A DNA stretch of 64,000 bases from Camelus ferus (GCF_009834535.1 NC_045697.1:64234001-64298000); one strand, 5' to 3'. Shown: positions 23,661 through 36,975, numbered from the stretch's first letter. The notes: generated by a model not told the origin, from the sequence alone. A program made the numbers and translations.

Positions 23661-26020
23661 ATTTTGAACAAACCTCTTATTAATAAGGAGATTGCATTAG
23701 TAATTAAAAATCACTCAACAAGAAAAGCCCAGGACCAGATGGGTTCACTGATGAATTCTAGTAAACATTTAAAGAATTAACAGCAGTCCTCCTCCAATTC
23801 TTCCAAACACTAAAGACGAGGGAACACTCTCAAACTCATTTAAGAGGCCATCATTATCCTGAAGCCAAAATCAGAAAACGATACTACTAGAAAAAACTAC
23901 AGGCCAATATCCCTGATGAATATAGATGAAAACTTCTCAAACCAAATTCAGCAGCACATTAAAAGGATAATACATCATAATCAAGTAGGATTTATCCCTG
24001 GGATTCAAGGATGGTTCAACATATGCAAATCAATCAATGTGATACATCATATCATTAGAATAAAACAAAAGAATCATATGATCATCTCAAAAGACAGAAA
24101 AAGCATTTGACAAAATTCAACATCCAGTCATCATGATAAAAACTCTTAAATTAGTAATAGAAGTAACATATCTCAATATAATAAAGGCCATATGCAACAA
24201 ACACACAGCCAATAACTTACTCAATGGAAAAAGGTTGAAGTTTTTCCTCTAAGATCAGGAACAAGACAAGGGTGCCCACTCTCATCCCTCTTATTCAATT
24301 TAAACTGTAAAGTACTATTTCATACCTAGGGAAATCAGGCAAGAAAAAGAAATGAAATAAAGGGAAGAAGTAAAATTGTCTCTATTTGCAGATGACACAC
24401 TTTTTATGTATAGAAAATCCTAAAGACTCAACTAAAAAACTGTTAGCCCTAACCAATGAATTCAGTAAAGATACAGGATATGAAGTGAACATTCAAAACA
24501 GTAGCATTTCTATATACTAACACGGAATTATCTGAAAAAGAAGTAAATCAATCCCATTTAAAACAGCATCAAAAACAATAAAATATTTAGGAATAAATTT
24601 AATGGAAGAAGTGAAAGAGCTCTACTCAAAAGTATAAGAAGTTGATGAAAGAAATTTTAAAAGACACAAATAAATGAAAAAGTGTCTTGTGTTCATGTAT
24701 TAGAAGAATTTATATTGTTTAAATGTCAGTACTACCAAAAGTCATCTATAAATTCAAGATTCCAATGGCAATTTTTACAGATGTAGAAAAAACAATTCTA
24801 AAATGTATTTGGAACCAAAAATGACTCCAAAAAGCTCCTGAAAAAGAAGGCGGCAAGGGGCACCATAATTTCTGATTTCAAGCTATACTCTAAAGCTACA
24901 GTCATCAAAACAGTTTGGTACTGACATAAAAATAAATGGACCAATGGAACAGGTAAGAGCCCAGAAATAAACCCAAGCATATAAAGTCAACTAGTATTTG
25001 ACAAGGGAGCCAAGAATACTCAATGGAGAGAAGACAGTCTTTTCAATAAATGGTACTGGGATAATTGGATATTCACATGTAAAAGAATGAAACTGAACAT
25101 AGATCTTACACTATTCACAAAAATTAACTCAAAATGGATTAAAGACTAAAATGTAAAACCCAAATCCATGAAACTTCTCCAAGAAAACATAGGAATTAAA
25201 GTCCTTGACATAAGCCTTGGTAATGGTTTTTTGGATATGACATCTAAAGTATAAGCAACAAAATAAAATATAAATAAGTGGGACTAAATTAAAAAACAGT
25301 GTGGAAGATCCTCTAAAAAGGAAAAACAGAACCACCAAATGATCCAACAATTCCATTTCTGGGAATATACCCAAAGGAAAAAAAACACTGACTTATAAAG
25401 ATGTCTGTACCCCCATGTTCACAGCAGCATTATTTACAATAACTAAAACATGGAAACAACCTAAGTGCCCAGTGTCCATCAACGGATGAAAGGAATGGAT
25501 AAAGAAGTTGTCTTACAAAAGGGAAAGCCTATCATTTGTGACAATATGGATGGATATTGACAGCATTATGCTAAGTGAAATAAGTCACACATAAAAAGAG
25601 AAATACTTTGTGATCTCACTTGTGTGTGAAATTTAAAAAAAAATTAAGGAAAAAAGATCAGACTTGTGGTTACCAGAGGTGGAGGGGAAATTGGAAGAAG
25701 GTGGTCAAAAGGTACAAGCTTCTAGTTGTAAGACAGATAAATATTAGGGATATAATGCACAACACGATGACTATAGCTAACACTGCTGACCGACAAGTAG
25801 AAAGGAAAGTTAAGAGAGTAAATCCTGTAAGTTCTCATCAAAACGAGGAAATTCTTTTCCCTTTTTTATCTTTCTTTTCTTTTTATTGTACCTATACAAG
25901 GAGATGGATTGAACCTATTATGGTAACCACTTCACAATATATGTAAATCAAGCCATCATACAATACTCCTTAAAATTAAATGATAATGTATGTCAGTTAT
26001 TTCTCAATAAAACTGAATAA
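23661..26020 (+). mobile_element. L1 ORF2 (RT region) to 3'UTR, disrupted, L1MA9-like
   Basis: 'aaaagcccaggaccagatgggttcactgatgaattcta' (KSPGPDGF), ORF 23916-24110 ([35 protein letters not shown]), and 'ctatttgcagatgac' (LFADD, about 24382). 3' end is 'ttatttctcaataaaactg'. Confidence 0.95.
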
Positions 26021-26485
26021 AAAGAACCTTAAATGCAAACTGTGTCACGTGAAGGAAGCCCGTCTGAAAAGACTACTAGTATATGCTTCAAACTATATGA
26101 CATCATGAAAAAAGACAAAATTATGGAGTAAAAAAGATAAGCATTTGACAGGAGTTTCAGGGGCAAGTAGTGGAATGAATAAATGGAGCACAGGGGCTAT
26201 TAGGGCTGTTAAAACACTCTGATAATATCATGGTGAATACATGACATTATGCATTTGTCAAAAATCTATGGATCTTTACAACACAGGGTGAACATAAACA
26301 AAAATTATTTATATTAGTTAACAGTAATGAATTATACTGTTCATTAATTGTAACAAATGTACCACATCAATGCAAGATAATAATAAGGGAAACTGTGCAG
26401 GGGAGGAGGGCATATGGAAACTTTATGCTCAGTTTTTTCTGTAAATTTATAATTGTCCTAAAAACATTTATTAATTTAAAAAAAT
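26021..26485 (+). mobile_element. L1MC-like 3'UTR
   Basis: 'gaatacatgacattatgcatttgtcaaaa' and 'ttcattaattgtaacaaatgtaccacatcaatgcaagat'. Confidence 0.8.
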
Positions 26486-27017
26486 GTACAAGTGGTCACA
26501 AAGAATGACAAAAATGAAGTAGTTCAATTTCTATTCCTTGTTTTTAATAATCATTGTTTATTTTGAATTTCCTGCTTAAAAGAAAACAGACACACATATC
26601 TAGATCTGGGGATAGGCGTCAGGGAGGATTATGTAACTGTGTCCTCAGAGTAATTCTTTATGTAGAATATAATGTCTATCAAAAGATAAGCAGTAAAGCA
26701 GTGCTAGTTTGAAATATATATGCATATACATATTTGTATAGTATACATATATAACTATGATGAATACATATCTATACATGTATAAAAGATACATGTGTAT
26801 GCATACATATACTTCATCAGGAAGTACAGTACTTGTTTTAATAAGAATTTAAATCACAAAGGATTTTTTTGTCAATGAGTATTCTATCACTGAAAATATT
26901 TAGAATCAGGGTTGTAATAAAAAGCAGACCAACTTTTAGTAGGGTTTTGTTGTTTTATACTATCTAGAAAGAATATAACTCTTTCCCTTTGTATTCCACT
27001 GCTTTAATTGAATATCA

Positions 27018-27142
27018 TTTTTTTTTTTTTTAAGGAGGTAGTTAGGCTTATTTACTTGTTTTTTAAGTGGCAGTACTGGGGATTGAACCTAGGACCTTGT
27101 GCATGCTAGGTAGGCACTCTGCCACTGAGCTAAATCCTCCCC
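27018..27142 (-). mobile_element. Short tRNA-derived SINE (Vic-1-like, camelid)
   Basis: The reverse complement reads GGGGAGGATTTAGCTCAGTGGCAGAG (A box)...GGTCCTAGGTTCAATCCCCAGTAC (B box), then a short body and a poly(A) tail. Degenerate 23-bp TSD: ttccactgctttaattgaatatc / tttcactgcttcagttggatctc. Confidence 0.85.
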
Positions 27143-28974
27143 TTTCACTGCTTCAGTTGGATCTCTGTAATAGCTGCAAATTTTTCTGAGACTGACCAAA
27201 AATAAATAAATAAATGAAGGAATGCATCAATTTCACTATTTTAAAATTACCTCTTAAGATATTCAAAGGAATTTTAACTAAGATTTTCCTCTCTTACCTA
27301 GCATTCCAGTTTTATTAACTGATTGGCTAGTAACTAGAACTAATTGATAGATTTAGCAGTGTAAACTTCATCGCTAGAGGCAGCTCTCAGGGAACACATG
27401 ACTGTGTAAATAGAGTACTTGATTAAGTTGTAGAACCCCAGGGAGCAGCCTGGACACCAGTTATGTAAATATAACAGATGGCTAAGCAAATGCTGTGCTG
27501 TACTGAGTCTAGGTTTACTGTAGTAATCTATGTTTACATAGAAGATTTAAGAGTCATGGTAGCCAACTTTTTGAAGCCAAACCAGGTATTGACAATATCA
27601 CTGTCATGAAAATTATTTTAGAATATGTTGGAATTTTTTCAAATTCATATTCTCTGGAGAAAACTACACTGTTTAACTGTTCACAATGGTTTCATTATGT
27701 TTTGTGTGTTTTAAAAAGTATTTCCTAAAGAATGGCATGAAATAATGGCTCAGATCCAATCAATTTGGTGAGGGTTATGCCACTTAGCAGATGACAGAAT
27801 TGGTAAATCATTTCCATTGGCAAAGCGTTTATGAATGAATACTCATTGCATTCAGACATTATGTGTCAAGCCAAACACTGTGTACAGGTTACTAATTCCA
27901 TGGGAGGTCTCAGAGTTGCCAAGGAAAACACAATGCAGTCAAGCACTGGATGGAATAAAACTTAACGCATGTAAGGAAGAGACCAAGTCAGCTCCAACAG
28001 CGTGTGCCTCTCATGGCTACATGGCTATAGCTGTCCCTTGGCAGCCAACATGGGGCACTGATCTCATGCTGCAGTAGATGGATGCAAACACACCTGCAAG
28101 GAGTCTGAAAGCTGACGGCGGGCCACAGGGCCCTTGATTTACGTGCTTAAGCAGAACAAGGGAAAGCTAAATGAGTTTGCAACAGGGAAAGATATTCCCA
28201 CACCAGACAAGAAGCCTGACACAGATTGTGCGGGCTCTTTACCTCTTGGTAAGGTAGTCTTCAAGCCCCAAAAGACAGTCATACACAATGGGGTGGAAAG
28301 ACTGCATATGAGACCATTTTTCCTAGTGCTATGTGTGCTTTTATTTAATCTTCATGGGTGCAGATACCACCCATTTAAACTGAAGAAACCAAGAATAATA
28401 CAGAAAAGAAAAAATTATAAAAAGAAAAAATCCTTGAGGTAATACTGTACACTAAGTCGATACCAGAAGAGTAAAGATACACCAGAGGAATCTTAATACA
28501 GATGAGTGATGGGTGTCCACTTAAATGCCCCATTTAGGAAATTTCAGTATTCAGAAAGTGACCCCTCTCCTTTTCTCCCTTTCATTGGACCAAGAAAAGA
28601 AAAACAATTAGGAAAAAATGTGTAGGACAGATTCATGTTTGGTATGACTTACTTGTTTTTATTCTGAATTCAGAGGTAGAGTGACTCTACAGGAAGAAAT
28701 ACCTTATAGGAAGCTCATAAACGTTTGTCTGTGTTATATGTTACAAATAGTCTAAGTACCAGCCAACAAACAAAACAGACGTTTTAAAAAGTATCCTAAA
28801 ACTCAGGTTTGTTTCTACTGCAACTGTAGATGACAATTACTGCCTTAAGAAGTAATCTTTATTAGTACCACTAGCCTGGGAAAAAGGAACTGTGTATCTT
28901 AATGCCATTCCTTCTAACATATATATTTAGCACTTACTATGGGAAGCCAATGGTCCTTGGTTACTTGAAGCCTG

Positions 28975-29162
28975 TAGTCTAACGCATGTCCAGCAAATTT
29001 AGCTGACGAGTCGGTATATCAAGTGCCCTTGTTAAAAACAGAGATTGTTACATTGTCTCCTGGAATTTCAACTCGATTTGTTAGAAAAGTCTCAGGAAAC
29101 CACATTTTTATTAAGCACCTCAAGTGACTATTCCAGGCATGTGTGGTGGAATCCTGGCCTAG
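28975..29162. mobile_element. MER5-like hAT-Charlie MITE
   Basis: 'cttgttaaaaacagagatt...ctcaggaaaccacatttttattaagcacctcaagtgact'. Confidence 0.6.
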
Positions 29163-31094
29163 TGGACTTCTAAGTAACTTACAGTTAAAAGCATAATCAC
29201 TTTAACTAGAGGAATTGCATTTACGAAAAACTGTCTGAGAGAAAGCAAATTAAAGGCAGACAGTTGTTTCCTTTTATATTCCCTTATTGGAGTGTCTATA
29301 GACAATTACATTGTTCATTATAAAATAATCAATTTATTTGAAGATTTTGCAAATTGTTTCATTCTCCCTCTAACCTACCAAAGAGTTTCTTGCTGAAACT
29401 ACTGAATTAAAAGACTGCTATTTGGTACTAACATTTAAGAACATAACCAAAGTCCCAGAATGCTACGCAGGACTATTCCTAAGAGGTTATAGGACCTAGG
29501 GCCTCCTCAAAAAAAGTTTTGATTCCCAGAATGTCACACTATTTATCTTCTTGGATAAAAAACAGAGTCTACCTAAAGTAAGTTAACAAGGGCCGTATGT
29601 CCTTGTTATGGGGGAAGAAGGGGGATCAGCTCTGAAAGTTTTGCTTTTGTAACGGTGGTGGGGAGTACGGCTGAGGCGGCAGATATACGGGTGTGTACTC
29701 ATATCCACATGCACAAATATATTCAGCACAATTTCTTTTCAATGCTAGCTGCCTGGTCATGCAAAACATGTTTTTTTTCATTAAGAAACTGATAAATTAG
29801 TATTATTATACCACAAAGAAAACTTGAGTTTGCCGACATTTTACTTTTTAATTTAAGGAAAAAGAAAAGAAAAAGAATTAATGATATCTTTAACTGTTGT
29901 CTAGTTGCCAGACAAACCTTTAAGAGGCATTTAATATCTTATATGAAGGGAATGGCCTAAAGCAATAGATCATTTCTAGTTTTATACTGCATGGTCAGCA
30001 ATGAATACAGCTGTCTAGAAATAATTATTTTAACAGAGGAGAGATATCTGTCTCTTGTGTAGTCTTATAACTCAGACTCATAGAAATTAGAACTCTAATC
30101 CTCTACTATAAAGTTTAACATTATAGTTTAAAAGGATGTTTAGTTTCTTTAGGAAAGCCAAGCAAAGCAAGCTTTTCATTTAATCAACTATACCAAAATA
30201 TGTTCTAGCATTTCTACTTAATTGAAGATAAACAAATGTATTACTTCTAGGTAAAATAATGCATCACTAAACTTTTATGCTTTACATATTTGTTTACTGG
30301 TAGAGGAACCTCCAAATTCCTTAACCACGTAGCTATGAAGGAGAGTGAAATCTATTCTGAAACAAAGAAATGTCAAAAGGTTTACTTTACTTTTATTCAG
30401 GCTAACAGAGGGCAAAGAAAGCAAATCTCCTACTCACAATGAAAAAAAAAATAAGTAAAATTTACCAAATGAAGAATCTACAACCTAAGTAAAACAAAAT
30501 TTAAATACAGTATTTTGTTCCTAGAAGAGTTGTATCTAAATTCATAAATTGCAATTCCCCTAGCTTTCAAGAGAGTGGTAATGAGACTCAGTAAATTATA
30601 TTTAAAGCTGAACAATCTATTTTTACCAGACTTTCTCAATTATATGATTGGGCAACAACAGTATTATCTTTCATTCTCTTACAAATGTCTAAGGATCAAC
30701 CTTTCTCCTTTAATAATTATTTCTCCTGAAATAGCTTTAACTCTTTTTCTTGAAATTTATTTTAGAAAGAAGTAGCACCCAGTAAGTTAGCCAGGCTGAC
30801 TACTATTTAATTGTAAAATGATTAATTTATATCTTTGTTCATGGAAAATTAGATGCCAAAAACATGTAAAGAATTGAACATTTAATTTTTTATTCTGTGA
30901 TTGTACTTTTAGTAAGCAATGTGCTGTAAGTAACAAAAAAAGGTATAATCTGTAACAGTGAGATTTCTGGGCTCTCCTGATATGTGATCTTACCTCAGTA
31001 AAAATATTTGTAGCCATGAAAATAATGAAGTCACCAAGAGAATAAATAGATTTCTTTCAGGAGAAAAAATAATTGGTGCTCTTCTTTATAGTTC

Positions 31095-31890
31095 CAGCCT
31101 GGCGATGGACAGGAGCACAAATGGGCAATTGTAGCAATCACAGCCAGAGAAGAGCACAGTACTAAAGGGCCCAGACATCTTAACTATGGGCTATTTCAGT
31201 GGGCCACCAACCTCATCTAGCACAAATGCTAACCAAAGATGAGTGGGGTCCAGAAGGGATAATAGAGGACAGAGAGTACACACAGCAGTTACAGCCTTAG
31301 AAACAAGTGCAACAGTGACGAGCATAGCTTGCCCCACTAAACAGACTTTTGTAAATTCTTTTGATTCAGAAATTTTGACTGACAGTGACCTTGAAAAATC
31401 AGTGGGAGGAAAGAGGAATTTAATGTGATGTGCAAGTGTATTTGAGTGGGCGACAGTAGGTGCTATTGGTGTTTGACTCATATTTCCTCAGCCTTCAGGC
31501 TCACTGTTTCTTGGAAGATGGTGGCTTCTTACTGTAAGCTTTCTGTCTGAGAGTTTTCTCTAGTGCTGTGAGGAGGATTTGCTGTTTGCAGGGCCAGTGA
31601 ATGCTTTCAAATGCATTTGAAACCCTCTGCCAATGAAAAATAGGTGTTATTATTAGTGTTATTATTATACAGCCCAATTTTGGACTTCTTGGACAACTTT
31701 GGAGTAACTCTGAGGTGTGTTCTACTTTCCCATAGAGGTAACCTGCTCATTAATGCACCAGTTTTGGCTTATTTTCCTTCCCTGTTCTACTCCCCCACGT
31801 CAGTGCTTCCTGGGATCACCTTCCAAAGGAAACGTGTCTCCTCAAATCTTAGACTCAAGGTCTGCTTCTTGGGGAATACAGTTAAAGAAT
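31095..31890 (+). mobile_element. ERVL remnant: probable internal 3' end plus LTR16-like LTR (about 31450-31890)
   Basis: LTR16-type end 'cagtgcttcctgggatcaccttccaaaggaaacg...caaatcttagactcaaggtctgcttcttgggga'. Assignment of the upstream internal part is less certain. Confidence 0.7.
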
Positions 31891-31899
31891 CCATGCATA

Positions 31900-33715
31900 C
31901 TCTATTTTATTTTTATTCTATGTATTTATTTTAATAATATCATTAATATCCATAAACATACTACCTGGTTTTTACTAGTCTGGTAAAATCTTGCAATAAC
32001 CTCTAAAACAGCTAATGAGACAACTTGAGAATGACACCCTACTTAAAAAATAGAATAAAAACTTAACAGTAACCTCTTCCTACAATTTCTGCTTCCCCAC
32101 ATCAGAGAAAATCCAATATTGGTATTATCATTCACCTGTTTTTTTAATTATCTAATATGTATATGCTTATCTCTCTGTTCAACTTTATAAAAACAGTATC
32201 ACATTATACAGAATCTTCATGGAAATATTTTTTCACTAATTATTATTAAAATTCAGTTTTATTATTTTGTGTAGCTCTAACTGATTTCCTCTGCTGCATG
32301 ATATTCTACTATGTAAATATATTACAATGGATTTGTTCATTCTTTTCTTAGGCACATTTCAGTATTTAGATTATTTTGTGTTGTGAATACAGTCATCTCC
32401 CAGTATCTTCAAAGGATTGGCTTCAGTACCCCCAGCAAATACCAGAAGTTCCTTATGCAAAATGGCATAGTATTTGCATGTAACCTACACACAACATCCT
32501 ATATACTTTAAATAATCTCTAGATTATTTATAAAAACCCAATAAAATGTAAATAATTGTACCTTTTGGAACTTTCTGTAGTTTAAAAAAATGTTTTCTAT
32601 CTGAGGTTGGTTGACTCTGTAGATTTGAAATCCATACATATTTGGGACGTACTGTACTACTGTTTTGGATATATCGACGTTCATGTTTCCTAGCATACAA
32701 ATACAAAATTTTTATTGAATATATGCCTAGGTGTACAATGTCAGTTAATAGAGAATTTAATTGTTCAAATTTATAAACAAATACAATCTTGTTTTCCAAA
32801 ATAATTATATTTTATCTTTGCAAATAACAGTTTAGAAGAGATTCTGTTAATCCACATTCTTGCTAACACTTAATATTATCCAGCGTCTTAAATTTGGCAA
32901 TAAACTGTGTTAATAAGTGGTATTATAACTGCTATTGATTTGCATTTCCTTGATTTATAATAAGGGAGATTATCTGTTCATACAATTATGTATGAGGTGT
33001 GTGGAAATGGAAAACTATATATATCAGATATATACAGTTTCTTCTCTGAAAGTGTAAAACTTTACATATCATAGACATATTTTCTTATTGCACTATCATT
33101 TCCTTACAGATTAGTAGGAATTATTATATATTATTGATACCAATTTTTATTGACTCTTTCAATTATCTTTTTCTAGTTTATAACTCTATTTCACTTGTTA
33201 TAATACAAAATTTCATGAATTGCTGCCATCAATTTTAATGTAATCAATTCGAAAGTTTTAGGTCTTATTGTAAAATTCCCAAAATGGTCCTCTAACAAAA
33301 GGGTATTCATTGGGCATTTTGCTAATTTTTCAAGTTTAAATTAGATATTTTAATACTTATTCCATCTATATTTTAATTTTATGGATAATGTGAGGTAGGA
33401 TTTTATTTTTTCAATCTCTATCAATATTTTTAACCTCTCTTTTGAACAGTTCATCCTATCCTGACCAATTTACCATGTTACTTCTGATACATACTTCAGT
33501 TCAGTATACAGGAGGGTCCTTTTCTGAACAATCATTCTCTATTGCTATGGTTATTTCATATATTTCTATGTAAAAATACTGCTATATTTACTATTACTTC
33601 ACATTAAATCTTGATATTTGGCAGAGAAGATAGTTAACCTTCTTCAAAAAGATTTTGGCTATTTATAGTTACCCTCTTTCATATAAGACTTAGAATTGGC
33701 TTGCCAATCTCCACA
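31900..33715 (-). mobile_element. Ancient L1 (L1ME-like) 3' region, interrupted by MER2
   Basis: Antisense motifs 'tccacattcttgctaacacttaatattatc', 'gatttgcatttccttgattt' and 'ttagaattggcttgccaat'. Confidence 0.75.
32390..32654 (+). mobile_element. MER2 (TcMar-Tigger MITE)
   Basis: TA-CAGTC...ACTG-TA termini, with interior 'aaaatggcatagtatttgcatgtaacctacac...tactttaaataatctctagatta'. Confidence 0.9.
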
Positions 33716-33849
33716 TCTAAGTAAATCAAGAATAAGAGAAGAAAATATAATGGGATTTAAAATACTTAGAATAAAAGAATATGAAAACACAACATATCAA
33801 ATCTTGTACGATGCAACAAAGCAGTAATATTTATGTTAGAAAACAGGAG

Positions 33850-35215
33850 TTAAAATGCAGCATAGTCAATGCAATATTGAAGAAGAGCCATTGGAAGACT
33901 GACACCATCTGACTTCAACTCACTTTAAAGCTACAATAATCAAGACAGAGTTGTATTGTTAAAAGAATAAATAGCTCCATGAAACATACAGGAGACCAGA
34001 AATAGACTCACATAAATATAGTCAATTGATCTTTGATAAAGACAAAGATCTTTGACAAAGACATGCTTTAAATAAATGGTGCTGGAACAACTGGACATCC
34101 ACATGCAAAAAATGAATTTACATTCCAGATAATGTCAAGAGAATTAGGATACAAGCCATAGACTGGGAGAAAATATTTGCAAAAGATAGACCTGATAAAG
34201 GACTTTAATTCAACATATACAAACAACTCTTAAAACCCAACAATAAGAAAATAAACAACCCAATTTTAAAATGGGTCAAAGATCTTAATCAAAGAAGATA
34301 TGCAGAAGGCAAATATGGCAAGATGCTCTACATTGTATGTCATCAGAAAATACAAATTAAAACAACAATGAGATACCACTATGAATCTATTACAATGGCC
34401 AAAACTGGATCAATGACATCACCAAATGTTGATAAGGATATGAAACAACATGAACTCTCACACTTTCCTGCTTGGAATATGAAGTGGTACAGCGATTTTG
34501 GAAGAGAGTTTGACAGCTTCTTACAAAACTAAACATACTCTTACCATGCTTCTTAGTATTTATCCAAAGGAATTAACACAAAACCTGCACATAGATGTTT
34601 ATAGCAGCTTTAATCCTAATTGCCAAAACTTGAAAGCAACAAAGATATTCTTCAACAAGTGAATGGATAAATAAACTGAGGTGCATCCAAACAATAGAAT
34701 ATTATTCAGCACTAAAAGAAATTATCTATCAAGAAAAGACAAGGCAGAACCTTAAATACATATTTATAAGTGAAGGGAGTCAATCTGACAAAGGCTACAT
34801 GCTGTATCATTCTAACTAAATGACATTCTGGAAAAAGCAAACCTATGGAGACAATAAAAAGATCAATGGTTACCAGGTTGCCAGTGGTATGGAGGAGGAA
34901 TGATGAATAGCAGAGAGCAGAATGTTTAGGACAGTGAAAATACTCTGTATAATACAATAGTGATGGACATATGTCATTATGCATTTGTCCAAAATACAAC
35001 TATAAGGATTAACACTAAAGTAAACTATGAACTTCGAATAATTATGATGTGTTAATGTGGGTTCATCTTTGATTAAAAAATGTAGCATTCAGATGCTTGA
35101 TTTTGATAATGAGGGAGGCTATGCAAGTATACAATTGCCAATATATGGGCAATATCTATACCTTCCTCTCAATTTTGTTGTAAACCTAATACTGCTCTAA
35201 AAATTTCTTTAAAAA
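33850..35215 (+). mobile_element. L1MC1-like ORF2 end plus 3'UTR, nested in older L1 ORF2 pieces (about 33720-33850 and 35220-35520)
   Basis: 'aataaatggtgctggaacaactggacatccacatgcaaaaaatgaa' and 'gatggacatatgtcattatgcatttgtccaaa'. Confidence 0.85.
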
Positions 35216-35529
35216 TAGTCAGTTGAAGAATAAACAGTAGAAACATAGGACAATAAAAATTAAAGTGCAAATCTATAAGACAAGGATAAATAGAATCAAC
35301 AAAGTTAAAAGTTTGTTTTTTGCAGTATTAATAAACAACCCACTGAAAGACTGATCAAGAATAAAAAATAGAAGTATTATGATTAAAGAGTCAGAAAAAT
35401 CAGAGGTAAAAAACACAAGAGAAATTAATGAAACTTTATCACAAAAACTTTAAAAAACCTTTGCTTAGTATTCTTGAATAACTTCCTAGAACCTATTCAA
35501 AAAAAAAGATAAAAGGCTCAATAAATAGA

Positions 35530-35940
35530 AATGGATGATAAATTTTGACAAATGTTTTATCAGCATCTGTGGAAAAAATCATAAGCCTTTCTTCTTATAT
35601 CTATTGATATGATAAACTTAACAATAGCTTTTCTAAAACTGAACTATCCTTGCATTGTCAAAATAAACCCAAGTTGGGTATTGACTGTATTTTTTAATGC
35701 CTTAATTATTTTGCAGGTATTTTATTTAAGATCTTTTCATCATCATGTTTGTCTGTAGTGGTTTTTATGGGTTTGAATTCTTCTCTTGTTTTGGTTAACA
35801 GACTAATGGTATGTTCACTACACACAAATGATTTAAAAGTTTCCATTTTTCTGTGCCTCAGAATACTTTCAGTAATATTACAGTCTTTTGAATTTACAGA
35901 TTTGGGAGAATTGCCCTAAGAATTAATTGGGGTCTTGTGT
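35530..35940 (-). mobile_element. Ancient L1 ORF2 fragment
   Basis: 'aaatgttttatcagcatctgtgga...gaactatccttgcattgtcaaaataaaccc'. Confidence 0.65.
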
Positions 35941-35959
35941 ACGATCCCTTTTTAATGGT

Positions 35960-36190
35960 ACATAAACCTTCTCCAGAAGTCCACTGAAAATCTTTCTTTA
36001 TGTGTCCTATATTCCTCACAAACCAAAAACAAAGACAAGGAATGAGGTCACTGTAACCTATTCAGTCTATACAGAAGCCTTCACAAAAGTACACAGACTC
36101 TTTCAGGAGGGTTAAAAAACATCAGGGTTTTCTTGCCAAGGGACAGTAGAGGACAGATGCTGACCAGTCAACCAGCTGTATCTACCACAG
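35960..36190 (-). mobile_element. Old MaLR LTR fragment (MLT1K/L-like)
   Basis: 'aaaaaacatcagggttttcttgccaagg...agtcaaccagctgtatctaccaca'. Confidence 0.5.
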
Positions 36191-36669
36191 GATAACTGTG
36201 AAATTTTCTCCCTTTAATTTCTTTTATTTCAGTCAACTTCTATAGGAATTATACTTTCATTAACTCACAGGCTTTTTGATTTACTAACTCAAGCCTTATG
36301 TAATGTTTTTCATGTCACATAAAAGCAAGATTTTAGAAAATTACAGAAGTGTGACTAAGCTAAGAGGATAAACTAGTCTGAAAGCTCAGTTAGGGAGAGA
36401 CAAGAAAATTAACTGGTGGAATGTAGCATATACTATGAGACAGCTGCATTATTAGCAAAGGCTATTAGTGAGGCAGGTATATAAAAGCATGATAACAATA
36501 GAAAGGAGATTGAAAAGAAGAGATCAAGGTAAAGGTCAAGCAGATGATGAGAGAGATTGGGCACATTTGGAGGGCAAGGTTTCTAGGTTTAAGTAAAATG
36601 TCTATTTTCCAATTTTGACTGTTTCTTTTTCAAGAACTAGGGCTAGAAGGTGCTATTATAGATCAACTA

Positions 36670-36975
36670 TACAGATATGCTCTGAATTTCACATTTTTTG
36701 AGGTTTTTAAAAAGCTGCCTACATATTCTATAGAATAACACCTTCAGCTGAGTCAAGCAGCACCTCGCAGTGAAACACATACACATAACTTCAGCAAACT
36801 ATAAGCACATCCACATGTGTTGTGCTATACAAAGACTATAAATGGATTCACTGTGTTTTACCATCACCTGAGTTCAGGTCAGCTCACATCATGTTTAGTT
36901 GCCAAAACAGTGAAAGAAAAAACCTATTTTTAGAACAGTTGGATTTTGGTATAATGAATATAAGACTGCGGTTGC
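36670..36975. mobile_element. Possible ancient Tigger-like DNA transposon fragment
   Basis: End 'tttttagaacagttggattttggtataatgaatataagactgcgg' resembles old TcMar-Tigger termini. Family uncertain. Confidence 0.4.

Noticed and set aside
27070..27142. tRNA gene
   Set aside because: It has A and B boxes but carries a SINE body, poly(A) tail and TSD, and the cloverleaf is degenerate.
27369..27386. CTCF site 'tcgctagaggcagc'
   Set aside because: It is one G short of the CCASYAGRKGGCRS core and lacks the leading CC.
28134..28442. 102-aa ORF as a gene
   Set aside because: Non-ATG start, low-complexity K-rich end, and no recognisable domain.
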